The notes beneath the pieces were generated by a model. It did not search any database and was not told where the DNA came from. It saw only the letters and a program-made list of their open reading frames with translations. Shown here piece by piece: positions 19,453 through 28,249 of a DNA stretch of 64,000 bases (positions are counted from its first letter, which is position 1; each line of letters begins with the position of its first letter). The position numbers were made by a program, and so were the translations under genes. Source of the DNA: Bacilli bacterium (GTDB lineage Bacteria; Bacillota_I; Bacilli_A; RFN20; CAG-826); the NCBI GenBank assembly GCA_017470115.1, contig JAFUEZ010000002.1, positions 49,665 to 113,664 on the forward strand, written 5' to 3'.

Positions 19453-19453
19453 T

Positions 19454-20602
19454 ATGAAACGCAAACTTGCAAAGAAAATGTCTTTAATCCTTGGTATTAG
19501 TATTGCCTCCTTTGTAGTGGGTTTCAGTGCTATTACAATATTGGTGTCTAGAATTAACTACGCTAATTATGAAAAAGAATATGATGACGAAGTCAAAGAG
19601 GTTGAAAACGCAAAACCAAAAGGGCCACTTTATGTCGATATTGATAATGAATTTGTGACCTATGACAGCACTGGCGCTTTCATTCAAAAAACAAAATCTA
19701 TTTATCCCTATATTTACACTTGTAGAAGCACGGAAGCTGAATCCCGCGCATACGCTGCAGGAAAAAATGGCTACATAAACGTTGAAATCTATGATAACAC
19801 TTCATTTTTTGGACAGAGTATCGGTAATATTGCCCCAAACGGCGGAGGATATCTCTCCTTTATAGTTGATGTCACAGAACCTGCAGATGCGGATATTGAT
19901 TTTGTTTGTTCTTCTACTATTTATAATCCTGAAACTGGATCTGCTACAGATATGAAAGGATTAACAAAATTCGTTAAATGGACGATAAACAATATTCAAA
20001 TTGATGCTGACGATATCAATCTTCCTGCCGATAGAGATTGGTTTAATATGCAACATGTCATCCTTCATAAGGTTCATTTAAAAGCAGGGATTAATGTAAT
20101 TAAAATGGAAACCGAAAATCCAAACCCACTTAATCCTTCCGACATCCCGATTCCAAACATTTCTCATATCCATGTATTTAGTGAAAAACCATACAACAAA
20201 CAATTTGTCGTTGATGGTGATAGTGTCCACCTTGTTCAAAGAGCAAACAAAATTTATTATATGTTATCTGGCTCTTGTGTTGGTTATGAAGCAGATGATT
20301 TCTTTGTCGATATGTGCTTAGATGGTCAAAGCCTAAATCAAATCAACAAAAATGCATATGATTGCGTGGTAAGAGATGGTTATTTCTTAATCACTATTGA
20401 TACTTCGTGGTTTGCACCAAATCTATATCTCCCACACTTCTGGCTCGAAGGTTCTTTATATAACACTGGCAGAGAACAAGGTGATGTTATGACCTCAATT
20501 GACGCTGGTAGATATAATTGGGACAATCCTCACACCAAGCAAACACTTGGAAACGCTAGAATTGATATTAAGAATTCAATTATGGCATTAGTCATTAGCT
20601 AA
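19454..20602 (+). CDS. Membrane-anchored protein of 382 aa with a beta-rich extracellular domain, possibly a carbohydrate-binding module. It is translationally coupled to the GH3 gene.
   Basis: Its start lies 2 nt after the GH3 stop and an AAGGAGGG ribosome-binding site sits inside the GH3 3' end. It has an N-terminal TM helix. No catalytic motif was recognised. Confidence 0.5.
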   Translation: MKRKLAKKMSLILGISIASFVVGFSAITILVSRINYANYEKEYDDEVKEVENAKPKGPLYVDIDNEFVTYDSTGAFIQKTKSIYPYIYTCRSTEAESRAYAAGKNGYINVEIYDNTSFFGQSIGNIAPNGGGYLSFIVDVTEPADADIDFVCSSTIYNPETGSATDMKGLTKFVKWTINNIQIDADDINLPADRDWFNMQHVILHKVHLKAGINVIKMETENPNPLNPSDIPIPNISHIHVFSEKPYNKQFVVDGDSVHLVQRANKIYYMLSGSCVGYEADDFFVDMCLDGQSLNQINKNAYDCVVRDGYFLITIDTSWFAPNLYLPHFWLEGSLYNTGREQGDVMTSIDAGRYNWDNPHTKQTLGNARIDIKNSIMALVIS

Positions 20603-20621
20603 ATTATAAATAGTTTGATAT

Positions 20622-20651
20622 GAAAAAAGCCCTCTTTCGAGGACTTTTTTT
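20622..20651 (+). terminator. Rho-independent terminator after the GH3 / CBM-like operon.
   Basis: AAAAAAGCCCTCTTTCGAGGACTTTTTTTG forms a short GC stem followed by a T-run. Confidence 0.5.
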
Positions 20652-20720
20652 GTGTTTAGCGAACAAATCATTTCGTCCAACTTTGGATAAATGAATTTGT
20701 CCAACAACATAATTCTTCAA

Positions 20721-20948
20721 TTAGTCTTGAATGTATGGAAGTAAAGCCATATATCTTGCGTTTTTAATAGCTTTTGCTAATTGACGTTGATACTTTGCGC
20801 TTGTTCCTGTCATTCTTCTAGCACTGATTTTTCCACTTGGAGTAATGAACTTCTTTAATAATTCAATATCTTTATAATCAATAAATTTGATTTTATTCTT
20901 TGTGAAATAACAGGCTTTCTTCTTTGGTTTTTTCTTAAAAGCTGGCAT
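20721..20948 (-). CDS. rpsR: 30S ribosomal protein S18.
   Basis: The 75-aa protein has a conserved S18 core (...[31 protein letters not shown]). Confidence 0.9.
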   Translation of the reverse strand: MPAFKKKPKKKACYFTKNKIKFIDYKDIELLKKFITPSGKISARRMTGTSAKYQRQLAKAIKNARYMALLPYIQD

Positions 20949-20974
20949 TTTCTTAATCCTTTCTTGATTGATAC

Positions 20975-21409
20975 CTAAAATGGTATATCATCATCTGCAA
21001 AATCTTCGCCGCCTAATAAATCATCATCATTTGGCTCGACATCTTGCACATAACTGTTGTTAGCAGCGTTTTCTTGAGCTTGTGATGCAGGTTTAGATCC
21101 TAACAATGTGACACTATCAACTTGGATTTCCATTGTACTGGCATTTGTACCATCTCTTCTTTGGAATCTTCTCTCTTGCAAGCTTCCATCGACACCAACT
21201 TGAGTTCCTTTCTTGCAATATTTTGAAATAAACTCTGCTTGTTGTCTCCAGGCTGTACAATTAATAAAGCTGGTTCCTGTTGTGCCATCAGCATTTCTTG
21301 TTTTGTTATCAAATGCTAGCGAAAATGTGATAACGGAAACTCCTGATGGAGTTGTTCTAAGTTCTGGGTCTCTTGTTAATCTTCCTACGATTACTACTCT
21401 GTTAATCAT
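20975..21409 (-). CDS. ssb: Single-stranded DNA-binding protein.
   Basis: It has an OB-fold N-terminus ([23 protein letters not shown]), an acidic C-terminal tail ending DDDIPF, and the classic rpsF-ssb-rpsR gene order. Confidence 0.9.
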   Translation of the reverse strand: MINRVVIVGRLTRDPELRTTPSGVSVITFSLAFDNKTRNADGTTGTSFINCTAWRQQAEFISKYCKKGTQVGVDGSLQERRFQRRDGTNASTMEIQVDSVTLLGSKPASQAQENAANNSYVQDVEPNDDDLLGGEDFADDDIPF

Positions 21410-21421
21410 TCTTCAATCTCC

Positions 21422-21709
21422 TTATTCGTGATCGACAGTAACTAATGTTCTAAGTACATTGTTGTCGAATTTTTGAACACGGTCAAATTCTTGAAGAGCA
21501 ACATTTTCTGCTTCAACTTTAATAACGACATAATATCCTTTAATTTCTTTTTTAATAGGATATGCAAGATCTCTTAAACCCCATTCATTAACGTTGTTAA
21601 TTTTAGCACCGTTATTTGTAAGGGCATCGTGAAGCTTTTTAATTTCTCCACTTCTTGCTGCGTCATCAAGGCTGGATTTTAAAATGTACATGATTTCGTA
21701 CTTTTTCAT
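21422..21709 (-). CDS. rpsF: 30S ribosomal protein S6. The start has been moved to the internal ATG, which has a GGAGG ribosome-binding site.
   Basis: MKKYEIMYILKSSLDD... is typical of S6. The ORF-track start (21742) adds 11 residues that have no ribosome-binding site. Confidence 0.85.
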   Translation of the reverse strand: MKKYEIMYILKSSLDDAARSGEIKKLHDALTNNGAKINNVNEWGLRDLAYPIKKEIKGYYVVIKVEAENVALQEFDRVQKFDNNVLRTLVTVDHE

Positions 21710-21895
21710 ACCTTTTACCTCCCTTTGGACATCTGGCTCCAATCATCGCTATTGTTGGAGCAGAGAAGAGCATTTATAAAAAATGCTTTAATATTCTATT
21801 AAAAATTCTTTACTAAGTAAAGCAGAAAGAAAAATTTCAAGAATGCCTGTTCATATAATATAACGTATTTGAAAACGGTTTTTTTCCGAAAAATT

Positions 21896-22405
21896 TTAAT
21901 ATTTTTCAAAAATCATTACAAAATCTATGTTTTGAAGTCCGCTACCCAACTCTATAATTTCTTCTTTTTCGATTGTAAAACCAATCGCTTTATAAGCATT
22001 TATAGCATCAATGTTTTTTTGATTAACATTGAGTTTTGCAGGCTTTTTGTATAATTCGATCAATAATTTAATGAAACGTTTTGCTATTCCTTTTCTTCTA
22101 AAATTTTCAATGAAATAGATTTTATCAATATAGAAATAGTTTACTTTTTCTACATAAGAAGCAAAACCAATAAAATTATCCATATATTTAAATAAGACGT
22201 ATTCATAACCGTCGTTTATATAATTTCTTATAGAATTGATTTCAAAATATTTAGTTAAAAGTAAATTTATTTGCTCGTCAGGCAATATATCTTTATAAAC
22301 TTCGTTCCATATCAAAATAGCTAGTTTTTTAATTGCGAGAAGCTCTTCTTCGTTTTTAGCTTTACCAACATTAATTTCGATGTTTCCGGTCCCTATAATT
22401 TTCAT
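21896..22405 (-). CDS. GNAT-family N-acetyltransferase.
   Basis: The acetyl-CoA-binding motif RRKGIAKRF (R-x-x-G-x-A) is present in a 169-aa protein. Confidence 0.7.
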   Translation of the reverse strand: MKIIGTGNIEINVGKAKNEEELLAIKKLAILIWNEVYKDILPDEQINLLLTKYFEINSIRNYINDGYEYVLFKYMDNFIGFASYVEKVNYFYIDKIYFIENFRRKGIAKRFIKLLIELYKKPAKLNVNQKNIDAINAYKAIGFTIEKEEIIELGSGLQNIDFVMIFEKY

Positions 22406-22478
22406 AATATGTTTATATCTTAAAATATTAATTAGAATATATTAAAATAATACTATCTAATTTAATAGGGATTTAATT

Positions 22479-22946
22479 ATGGAAACAAAAGCAGAAAAGT
22501 ACGAAAGAATCGTTAAATTTATAGATCAATACCTTGAGTCAGGTGACTTTTTCAACACAACTTTAATATCGCATACACTTAATTTATTAAAAAGCGAATT
22601 TGAGTATATGGATTGGGTAGGAATATATGAAAAAACACCTAAAGAAAGGACTCTATTCTTGAGTTATTATGTTGGTGGTCTAGGTTGCGATTTAATTAGA
22701 TTTGAAAAAGGTGTTTGTGGTAGATGCGCAAGAACAAGAAAGACGCAATTATGTCCAGATATCTCTAAAGTTCCTTATCACATCGCATGTTCTGATAGCA
22801 CAAAATCCGAAATCGTTCTCCCAATCATTTCAAATAAAAAATTGCTTGCAGTTCTTGATCTTGATTCAGATTCACTCAATGCATTTGATGAAATTGATCA
22901 AAAATATTTAGAAGAAATTTGTTCACGTCTATCGCTTGTTTTATAA
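22479..22946 (+). CDS. GAF-domain protein of the free methionine-(R)-sulfoxide reductase (fRMsr/YtsP) family.
   Basis: It contains DWVGIY, a paired Cys motif (GVCGRCA) and the typical length of 155 aa. Confidence 0.65.
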   Translation: METKAEKYERIVKFIDQYLESGDFFNTTLISHTLNLLKSEFEYMDWVGIYEKTPKERTLFLSYYVGGLGCDLIRFEKGVCGRCARTRKTQLCPDISKVPYHIACSDSTKSEIVLPIISNKKLLAVLDLDSDSLNAFDEIDQKYLEEICSRLSLVL

Positions 22947-22954
22947 AAATAATT

Positions 22955-22975
22955 GAGTTTTGCAGGGTTTTTGCG
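22955..22975 (+). repeat. Instance of the recurring intergenic motif (GAGTTTTGCAGGGTTTTTGCG).
   Basis: It lies directly after the GAF gene stop and before the next ATG. Confidence 0.6.
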
Positions 22976-22979
22976 TTAT

Positions 22980-23708
22980 ATGTCAGGTTTAAATAATAAA
23001 AGATTGATCAAAATTGTTAAGTTTAAATCAAAATTCTCATCGAAACGATTAGTATCTTCTTTTGAAAGAGCTAAAAACGATGAAACAGATTTTTTAATCT
23101 TTTTTGATATTTTCAAATGTGACATTAACGCAGAAAACAAATTCAATCTTTTCCAGCAAGAGACAATTGATAACTCATTTTTAACTGAGTTTGTAAATTT
23201 AAAGAAGCAGGCGAGTACTGCAAAAATTAAACTTGGTTTTGGTTTCGACTTGCTTTCATCTTTTTCTGCCAAAGAGATTCGAAATAATAGAGAATACTTA
23301 GTAGCTTTCTTTAATTTTTTAATTCAGCATTTAGGTATTTCGGCTTTCTACTTTGAAAAAGCAAATGAATTACCTAAAGAGTTTCTACTTGAATTCTTTT
23401 CAAAAATAAAAGGTGTTTGCACATTTGGATCTACTACTTCTTCACTCTCTAATTCATTATCTGATTTTGAATTATATTCACTCGGTTTTAACGCCTTACA
23501 ATCGTCTTTTTTAGAAAATCAAATTGAACAATTGATAAAGTCCAATAGTAAGATTTCTCTTGATAAATTAGCTTCATTGCTAAGTTGGGAATCCCATTAC
23601 TTTAACAATTATTATCGAATTTTTAGAATCTATAAAAATGAAAAGATATCTTCTTTGTTAAATAAAGAGAAAAGTTTTCTTGTTTCATACGACATAATTA
23701 AAAGGTAA
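22980..23708 (+). CDS. Hypothetical protein. The start has been moved to the first ATG; the ORF track began at a TTG inside the motif.
   Basis: It is an ORF with no recognisable motifs. Its stop lies 5 nt before the start of the next gene. Confidence 0.4.
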   Translation: MSGLNNKRLIKIVKFKSKFSSKRLVSSFERAKNDETDFLIFFDIFKCDINAENKFNLFQQETIDNSFLTEFVNLKKQASTAKIKLGFGFDLLSSFSAKEIRNNREYLVAFFNFLIQHLGISAFYFEKANELPKEFLLEFFSKIKGVCTFGSTTSSLSNSLSDFELYSLGFNALQSSFLENQIEQLIKSNSKISLDKLASLLSWESHYFNNYYRIFRIYKNEKISSLLNKEKSFLVSYDIIKR

Positions 23709-23712
23709 GTTC

Positions 23713-24969
23713 ATGTTAGACGAATTTGAAAAATCTATTACGGTCAAATATAGAGCAAAAATTTGGTCACGTTTTGTAAAAGCACTTAAAGAGTACGAAC
23801 TTCTTTCTCCTGGAGATAAAGTTTGTGTTTGTATTTCTGGTGGAAAAGACTCAATGTTAATGGCTAGATTATTCATGCAGCTTAAAAAACACTCTGATTT
23901 TGATTTTGATGTTGAATATCTTGTCATGAATCCCGGATATAACAAACCCAATCAAGAAGTTATTGATAGAAACCTCAAACTTCTTGGCATTGATGCCAAA
24001 ATTGTAAAAACTAATATTTTTGATGTTGCAAATCTGCAGCAAGGCAGATCTCCTTGCTTCCTTTGTGCAAAAATGAGACGAGGAGCTCTTTATAATACCG
24101 CAAAGAAATTGGGGTGTAACAAAATTGCACTTGGCCACCACTATGATGATGTCATCGAAACCACTTTAATGAATATGCTAAATTCGGGTTCTTTCCAAAC
24201 CATGTTGCCAAAACTTCATAGCACGAATTTCCCCGGAATGGAATTAATTAGACCAATGTACTTTATTAGAGAAAAAGACATAATTTCTTGGAAAAATTAC
24301 CATAATTTAGAATTTATTCAATGTGCATGTAAATTAACAGAAAGTTTACATCATGCTGAGGATGGTTCAACAATATCTCAAAGATATAATACAAAGCAAT
24401 TAATAAAAGAATTAAAAGAAACATATAACGACCAAGTTGAAAAAAACATATTTATGGCCGGATCAAACGTAACACTTGATATGGTCGGTGGTTATAGAGA
24501 AGGTGGAAAATATCATTCTTTTTTAGATTTATATGATTCAAGAATTGTTCATAAGAAAACTTACAATTCATTTAGAGAACTCTTACTTAATTCTGCTCCT
24601 TTTTTGATTGATTTTTCCAAGACAAACAACGTATTTGTTAAATTTGTAGATTCAAATAAAGAAAATCACAATTATGGTTCAGAAATTTCCTTAGCTTTGG
24701 ATGATAAATTTAATCTGGTTGTCTTGCCTCTTGAAAACAAGAATTTAAACAGCACCATCGAATATTTAAAACAAAAAAACGAAAGTGTAATCTTTTTGCA
24801 AACTCAAGAATTTGATTCTAATAGCTTAAAATCTATAAAAGCAAAAATTCAAAAAACTATGAACATAAAATTGAATAGTAAGGATGCTTCTCAATTTGAA
24901 ACTCTTAAGCAATATATAAAAGAAAAACATGTTAAAAATCAGAACATTATTGTGTTCATTAACCTTTAA
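23713..24969 (+). CDS. PP-loop ATPase of the TtcA/tRNA-thiolation family (about 250 aa) with an uncharacterised C-terminal extension of about 170 aa.
   Basis: It contains the SGGKDS PP-loop, CFLCAKMRRGALY (the TtcA-type Cys pair) and LGHHYDD. Confidence 0.65.
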   Translation: MLDEFEKSITVKYRAKIWSRFVKALKEYELLSPGDKVCVCISGGKDSMLMARLFMQLKKHSDFDFDVEYLVMNPGYNKPNQEVIDRNLKLLGIDAKIVKTNIFDVANLQQGRSPCFLCAKMRRGALYNTAKKLGCNKIALGHHYDDVIETTLMNMLNSGSFQTMLPKLHSTNFPGMELIRPMYFIREKDIISWKNYHNLEFIQCACKLTESLHHAEDGSTISQRYNTKQLIKELKETYNDQVEKNIFMAGSNVTLDMVGGYREGGKYHSFLDLYDSRIVHKKTYNSFRELLLNSAPFLIDFSKTNNVFVKFVDSNKENHNYGSEISLALDDKFNLVVLPLENKNLNSTIEYLKQKNESVIFLQTQEFDSNSLKSIKAKIQKTMNIKLNSKDASQFETLKQYIKEKHVKNQNIIVFINL

Positions 24970-24987
24970 AAACCTGCAAAACTCCAT
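24968..24987 (-). repeat. Instance of the recurring motif in minus orientation (ATGGAGTTTTGCAGGTTTTT).
   Basis: It directly abuts the stop of the 23713..24969 gene and precedes the terminator hairpin. Confidence 0.6.
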
Positions 24988-24999
24988 TATTTTTATTAA

Positions 25000-25027
25000 A
25001 AATGTGATTTGAATCACATTTTTTTAT
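25000..25027 (+). terminator. Rho-independent terminator AAATGTGATTTGAATCACATTTTTTT, nearly identical to the terminator at 3285-3316.
   Basis: A perfect 9-bp stem is followed by a T-run. Confidence 0.7.
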
Positions 25028-25090
25028 TATTTAATAATAAAGGTTTTAAATATTCATTGTTGCATATCAATATTAAGTTTGACATAATTA

Positions 25091-25120
25091 AGGAAACCCA
25101 AATAAAAAATCGGGTTTCCT
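25091..25120 (+). promoter_or_regulatory. Perfect 8-bp inverted repeat GGAAACCC-N12-GGGTTTCC immediately upstream of the TetR gene start. It could be an operator or an RNA hairpin.
   Basis: The sequence is aGGAAACCCaaataaaaaatcGGGTTTCCtataATG. Confidence 0.35.
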
Positions 25121-25123
25121 ATA

Positions 25124-25696
25124 ATGAAACAACAATCGACAACAAAAGAAGAAATCTTAAACACTTTTATTGACCTATTTAACTTTTTAGGCCCTTCTTT
25201 GACGTTGTCGCAAGTTTCAAAAGAATTACATATTTCTAAAAAAACTATTTATAAATATTTCTCATCAAAAAACGAAATCTACGAAGCTATTCTTGACAAC
25301 GTTGTTGAGGAAATATCAATTGCCCAAAAGCAAATATATGAAGACTCATCGCTTTCATTAGAAAAGAAAATATACAAATTATTAACTATCGAAACTACTG
25401 AAGAAAAAAGAATTAACATGTCTAAAATGTCAGCCCTTGCTGATACAGAGCCTAAATTCTTCAAAAGATTAATGGATGAATATGAAGTTAGATGGGATTA
25501 TTTTGCAAAATTAGTAAACGAAGGTAAACAACAAGGAATTATTAAAAAGGATACAAATGTTTATCTAGTAATCCGTGTTCTAGAATCTTCATTACAATCA
25601 TTCTATCGAAAGGATTTCTTCAAATTTACAGGTCTCACCTATACAAATGCAGTAAAACAGCTAGTAAATACCATCATTGAAGGAATCAAAGTCTAA
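25124..25696 (+). CDS. TetR/AcrR-family transcriptional regulator.
   Basis: The N-terminal helix-turn-helix reads LSQVSKELHISKKTIYKYFSSKNEIY. Confidence 0.8.
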   Translation: MKQQSTTKEEILNTFIDLFNFLGPSLTLSQVSKELHISKKTIYKYFSSKNEIYEAILDNVVEEISIAQKQIYEDSSLSLEKKIYKLLTIETTEEKRINMSKMSALADTEPKFFKRLMDEYEVRWDYFAKLVNEGKQQGIIKKDTNVYLVIRVLESSLQSFYRKDFFKFTGLTYTNAVKQLVNTIIEGIKV

Positions 25697-26613
25697 TGGA
25701 GCGGTATTACATCTTACTTATAATATTAGGATCAATAGTAATATTGTTCTTGGTATCGTCACTTCTTATCTCGATATTTCTTGCGCTATTCCTATGTAAC
25801 CCCTATAGATGGACACGTAAAAAAGCGTTTGATTGGGATTTTAATAAAGGTTGGATAAACGGAATCGAGAAAGTTAAATTAAATGAAGAAGTTTCAAAAT
25901 TATCCGATGGTTATGAGTTACATTGGAATTACGCGATGAATTCAGATTCAAACAAATTCGTAATTCTAATTCATGGATATGGTTGGACAAGAGAAGGCAT
26001 GTATAAATATGGCCTTCAATATATGAAACTTGACTTCAACATCATCACTTATGATTTAAGAGGTCATGGTGATAACAAAAGGTGTCCTATAACAATGGGA
26101 TATAAAGATGCAAAGGATCTTCACGAATTAATTTCTATCGTTAGAGAAAAATTCGGTAAAGATATATACCTTGGTATCCAAGGCGAATCTATGGGTGCTT
26201 CTACTGCTCTCATGGAAATGAAATATGATGATGAACTTAGGTTCGTTGTCGAAGATTGTGGGTATGCAACTTTAAAAGATGTTGTATATCACAAAACGAA
26301 GCAAGTCTTCCATTTACCAAAATTTTATGCAGATTTTGCAGGGTTATTTGTCAAAATGTTCTACAAATTCAGCTTTAATGAAGTTGAGCCAATGGAAGAT
26401 TGCAAAAATTCAAAGACACCTTTATTGATTATTCATGGCGATGCTGATGACTTTGTTCCTGTATCTTCTGCTTACAAGATTAAAGAAGCAAGAAACAAAG
26501 ATTCTTTAACTGAGTTGGTGATTGTCAAAGGTGCTGGGCATGCTAAAAGTTTGTCGCTTGATAACAATGCCTACTTAAATTACTTACAATATTTTTTAAA
26601 TAAGATAGCTTGA
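25696..26613 (+). CDS. Alpha/beta-hydrolase-fold protein (esterase/lipase-like) with an N-terminal TM anchor.
   Basis: It has the GESMG nucleophile elbow (G-x-S-x-G), a HGDADDFVP region containing the putative catalytic Asp, and a HAK histidine. Its start overlaps the TetR stop (TAATG). Confidence 0.7.
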   Translation: MERYYILLIILGSIVILFLVSSLLISIFLALFLCNPYRWTRKKAFDWDFNKGWINGIEKVKLNEEVSKLSDGYELHWNYAMNSDSNKFVILIHGYGWTREGMYKYGLQYMKLDFNIITYDLRGHGDNKRCPITMGYKDAKDLHELISIVREKFGKDIYLGIQGESMGASTALMEMKYDDELRFVVEDCGYATLKDVVYHKTKQVFHLPKFYADFAGLFVKMFYKFSFNEVEPMEDCKNSKTPLLIIHGDADDFVPVSSAYKIKEARNKDSLTELVIVKGAGHAKSLSLDNNAYLNYLQYFLNKIA

Positions 26614-26627
26614 AAGGAGGTTTATTT

Positions 26628-28118
26628 ATGGATGGAGAAATTCAAGCAAACAATTCCTCACCTAAATTAGTTGAACCTAAAGTAAAAACTAGTGCTGCTG
26701 TCTGGCTTGGTGTTGCTAATGCATCAACAGGTTTACTTTGTGCTTTTGCAGAAGGAACAGCATTAACTTATTTTTACCACAACTTCTTAGGTCTCAATGA
26801 GTGGGTATCAGGATTGATTTGGATCTTATTTGGTATTTGGAACGCAGTTAATGATCCACTTTATGGTTTCTTGGCCGACAGAACAAAATCAAAACTCGGA
26901 AGAAGAAGACCATGGATTAGATATGGTGCTCCAATAATGGCAGTATTATTTGCTATTACTTGGATATCATTCCCTGCAATGAAAGGAAATCAATGGTTCT
27001 TAGGTTTCCAAATGGGTATATCCTTATTCTTATATGATATCGTTTACACCGCTATTGCATCTGCAATTTACGTCATGCCTTATGAAATGGCCGTTACTGA
27101 TAATGCAAGATCACCAATTTTTGTTTGGAACGTAGCGTTCTCGCTTGTTTCATTTGGTGCTCCAATGGTTTTAAATGGAATGTTAACAACATTAATTGAA
27201 ACTCATGCTGACATTTTCCCTTGGGCAATGGCCGCCGCTGGTTTAGTCGCTGGTGCTTTAGTTTTTGTTTCTACATTCTTCTACAAAGAAAACGGTTATC
27301 ACAGAGAAGAACCTCAACCAAAGTTCTTAGAAGGTTTAAAACAATGTGTTAAAAATAAATCTTTCTTAATCTTTGAAGTTTTATCATGGACAGTTATTTT
27401 TGCACAAAACGCATTAATGTTAGGTCTTACTTACTATGCAGGAATGTGGCCAGAAAATAACATGATTATTTTATATGCTGCCCTTGCTGTTGGTGCTTTA
27501 CTCTCAATTCTCTTCTATATCTTTATGAGAAATAAACTTGGCAATAAGATTGAAGCATTGATTATGTGTGGTTCATTTGGAGCTGGTTGTTTACTTGCTT
27601 CATTCTTAGGACAATACTTCTGGGTATTAGTTTTAGGATTCTTCCTTGTTGGTATTGGATTCTCGGGTGGTCTTTACCTTGTTCCATTAGTTAATGGTGA
27701 CGTTATTGATAAAGATGAAGTCGACAATGGTTCACGTAGAGAAGGTGTTTATGCAGGTATCAACTCACTTATTACAAAACCAGCAGGCGCTATCGCACAA
27801 GCCATTTTCCCAATTTTCATGAGCTGGGCAGGTTTCAATGCACAATTAAAAACAACCGATGAAAAAGGAAACGAAATTACCGATTGGGCAAGTCAACCTG
27901 ATTCAGCAAAAACTGGTTTATTCCCATCATGGTTCTTAGTCACAGGTATCTTACTTGCTTTATCATTCTTAGCAATGTGGTTCTTCCCTCTTCACGGCAA
28001 AGCTTGGGAAGACACTAAAAAAGAGCTTGCTATTGAACATCAAAAGAAAGAAGAAGCTTACGAGCAAAAGATCCTTGCTGAAATGCAAGCAAATCAAGCC
28101 ACAGGTGAAATTAAATAA
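26628..28118 (+). CDS. MFS-type transporter (glycoside-pentoside-hexuronide:cation symporter-like). The start has been moved to the ATG that follows a GGAGG ribosome-binding site.
   Basis: It has twelve predicted TM segments and the LGRRRPW motif typical of GPH/MFS_2 transporters. Confidence 0.7.
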   Translation: MDGEIQANNSSPKLVEPKVKTSAAVWLGVANASTGLLCAFAEGTALTYFYHNFLGLNEWVSGLIWILFGIWNAVNDPLYGFLADRTKSKLGRRRPWIRYGAPIMAVLFAITWISFPAMKGNQWFLGFQMGISLFLYDIVYTAIASAIYVMPYEMAVTDNARSPIFVWNVAFSLVSFGAPMVLNGMLTTLIETHADIFPWAMAAAGLVAGALVFVSTFFYKENGYHREEPQPKFLEGLKQCVKNKSFLIFEVLSWTVIFAQNALMLGLTYYAGMWPENNMIILYAALAVGALLSILFYIFMRNKLGNKIEALIMCGSFGAGCLLASFLGQYFWVLVLGFFLVGIGFSGGLYLVPLVNGDVIDKDEVDNGSRREGVYAGINSLITKPAGAIAQAIFPIFMSWAGFNAQLKTTDEKGNEITDWASQPDSAKTGLFPSWFLVTGILLALSFLAMWFFPLHGKAWEDTKKELAIEHQKKEEAYEQKILAEMQANQATGEIK

Positions 28119-28143
28119 TAATTTCTAAACTTTAAAAAAGACA

Positions 28144-28192
28144 AAATCTCTGCAAAAATGTTAAATTTTAACAAAAACAGAGATTTTTCTTT
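28144..28192 (+). terminator. Long imperfect hairpin (AAATCTCTG...CAGAGATTT) followed by a T-run.
   Basis: A 9-bp stem encloses an AT-rich loop and is followed by TTTTCTTTTG. Confidence 0.45.
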
Positions 28193-28249
28193 TGAAAAAT
28201 CTTTAATTTTTGTTTCTACTCTTTTAATATTTATAAAGAGGTACTCAAA

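Noticed and set aside
21743-21895. Hairpins in the rpsF 5' leader (for example GGCTCCAA...TTGGAGCA and AAGCATTT...ATGCTT), considered as an S6:S18 autoregulatory leader.
   Set aside because: This is plausible, since such leaders exist in Firmicutes, but the stems are short and imperfect and I cannot confirm the conserved leader motif without a covariance model. It is not listed as a feature.
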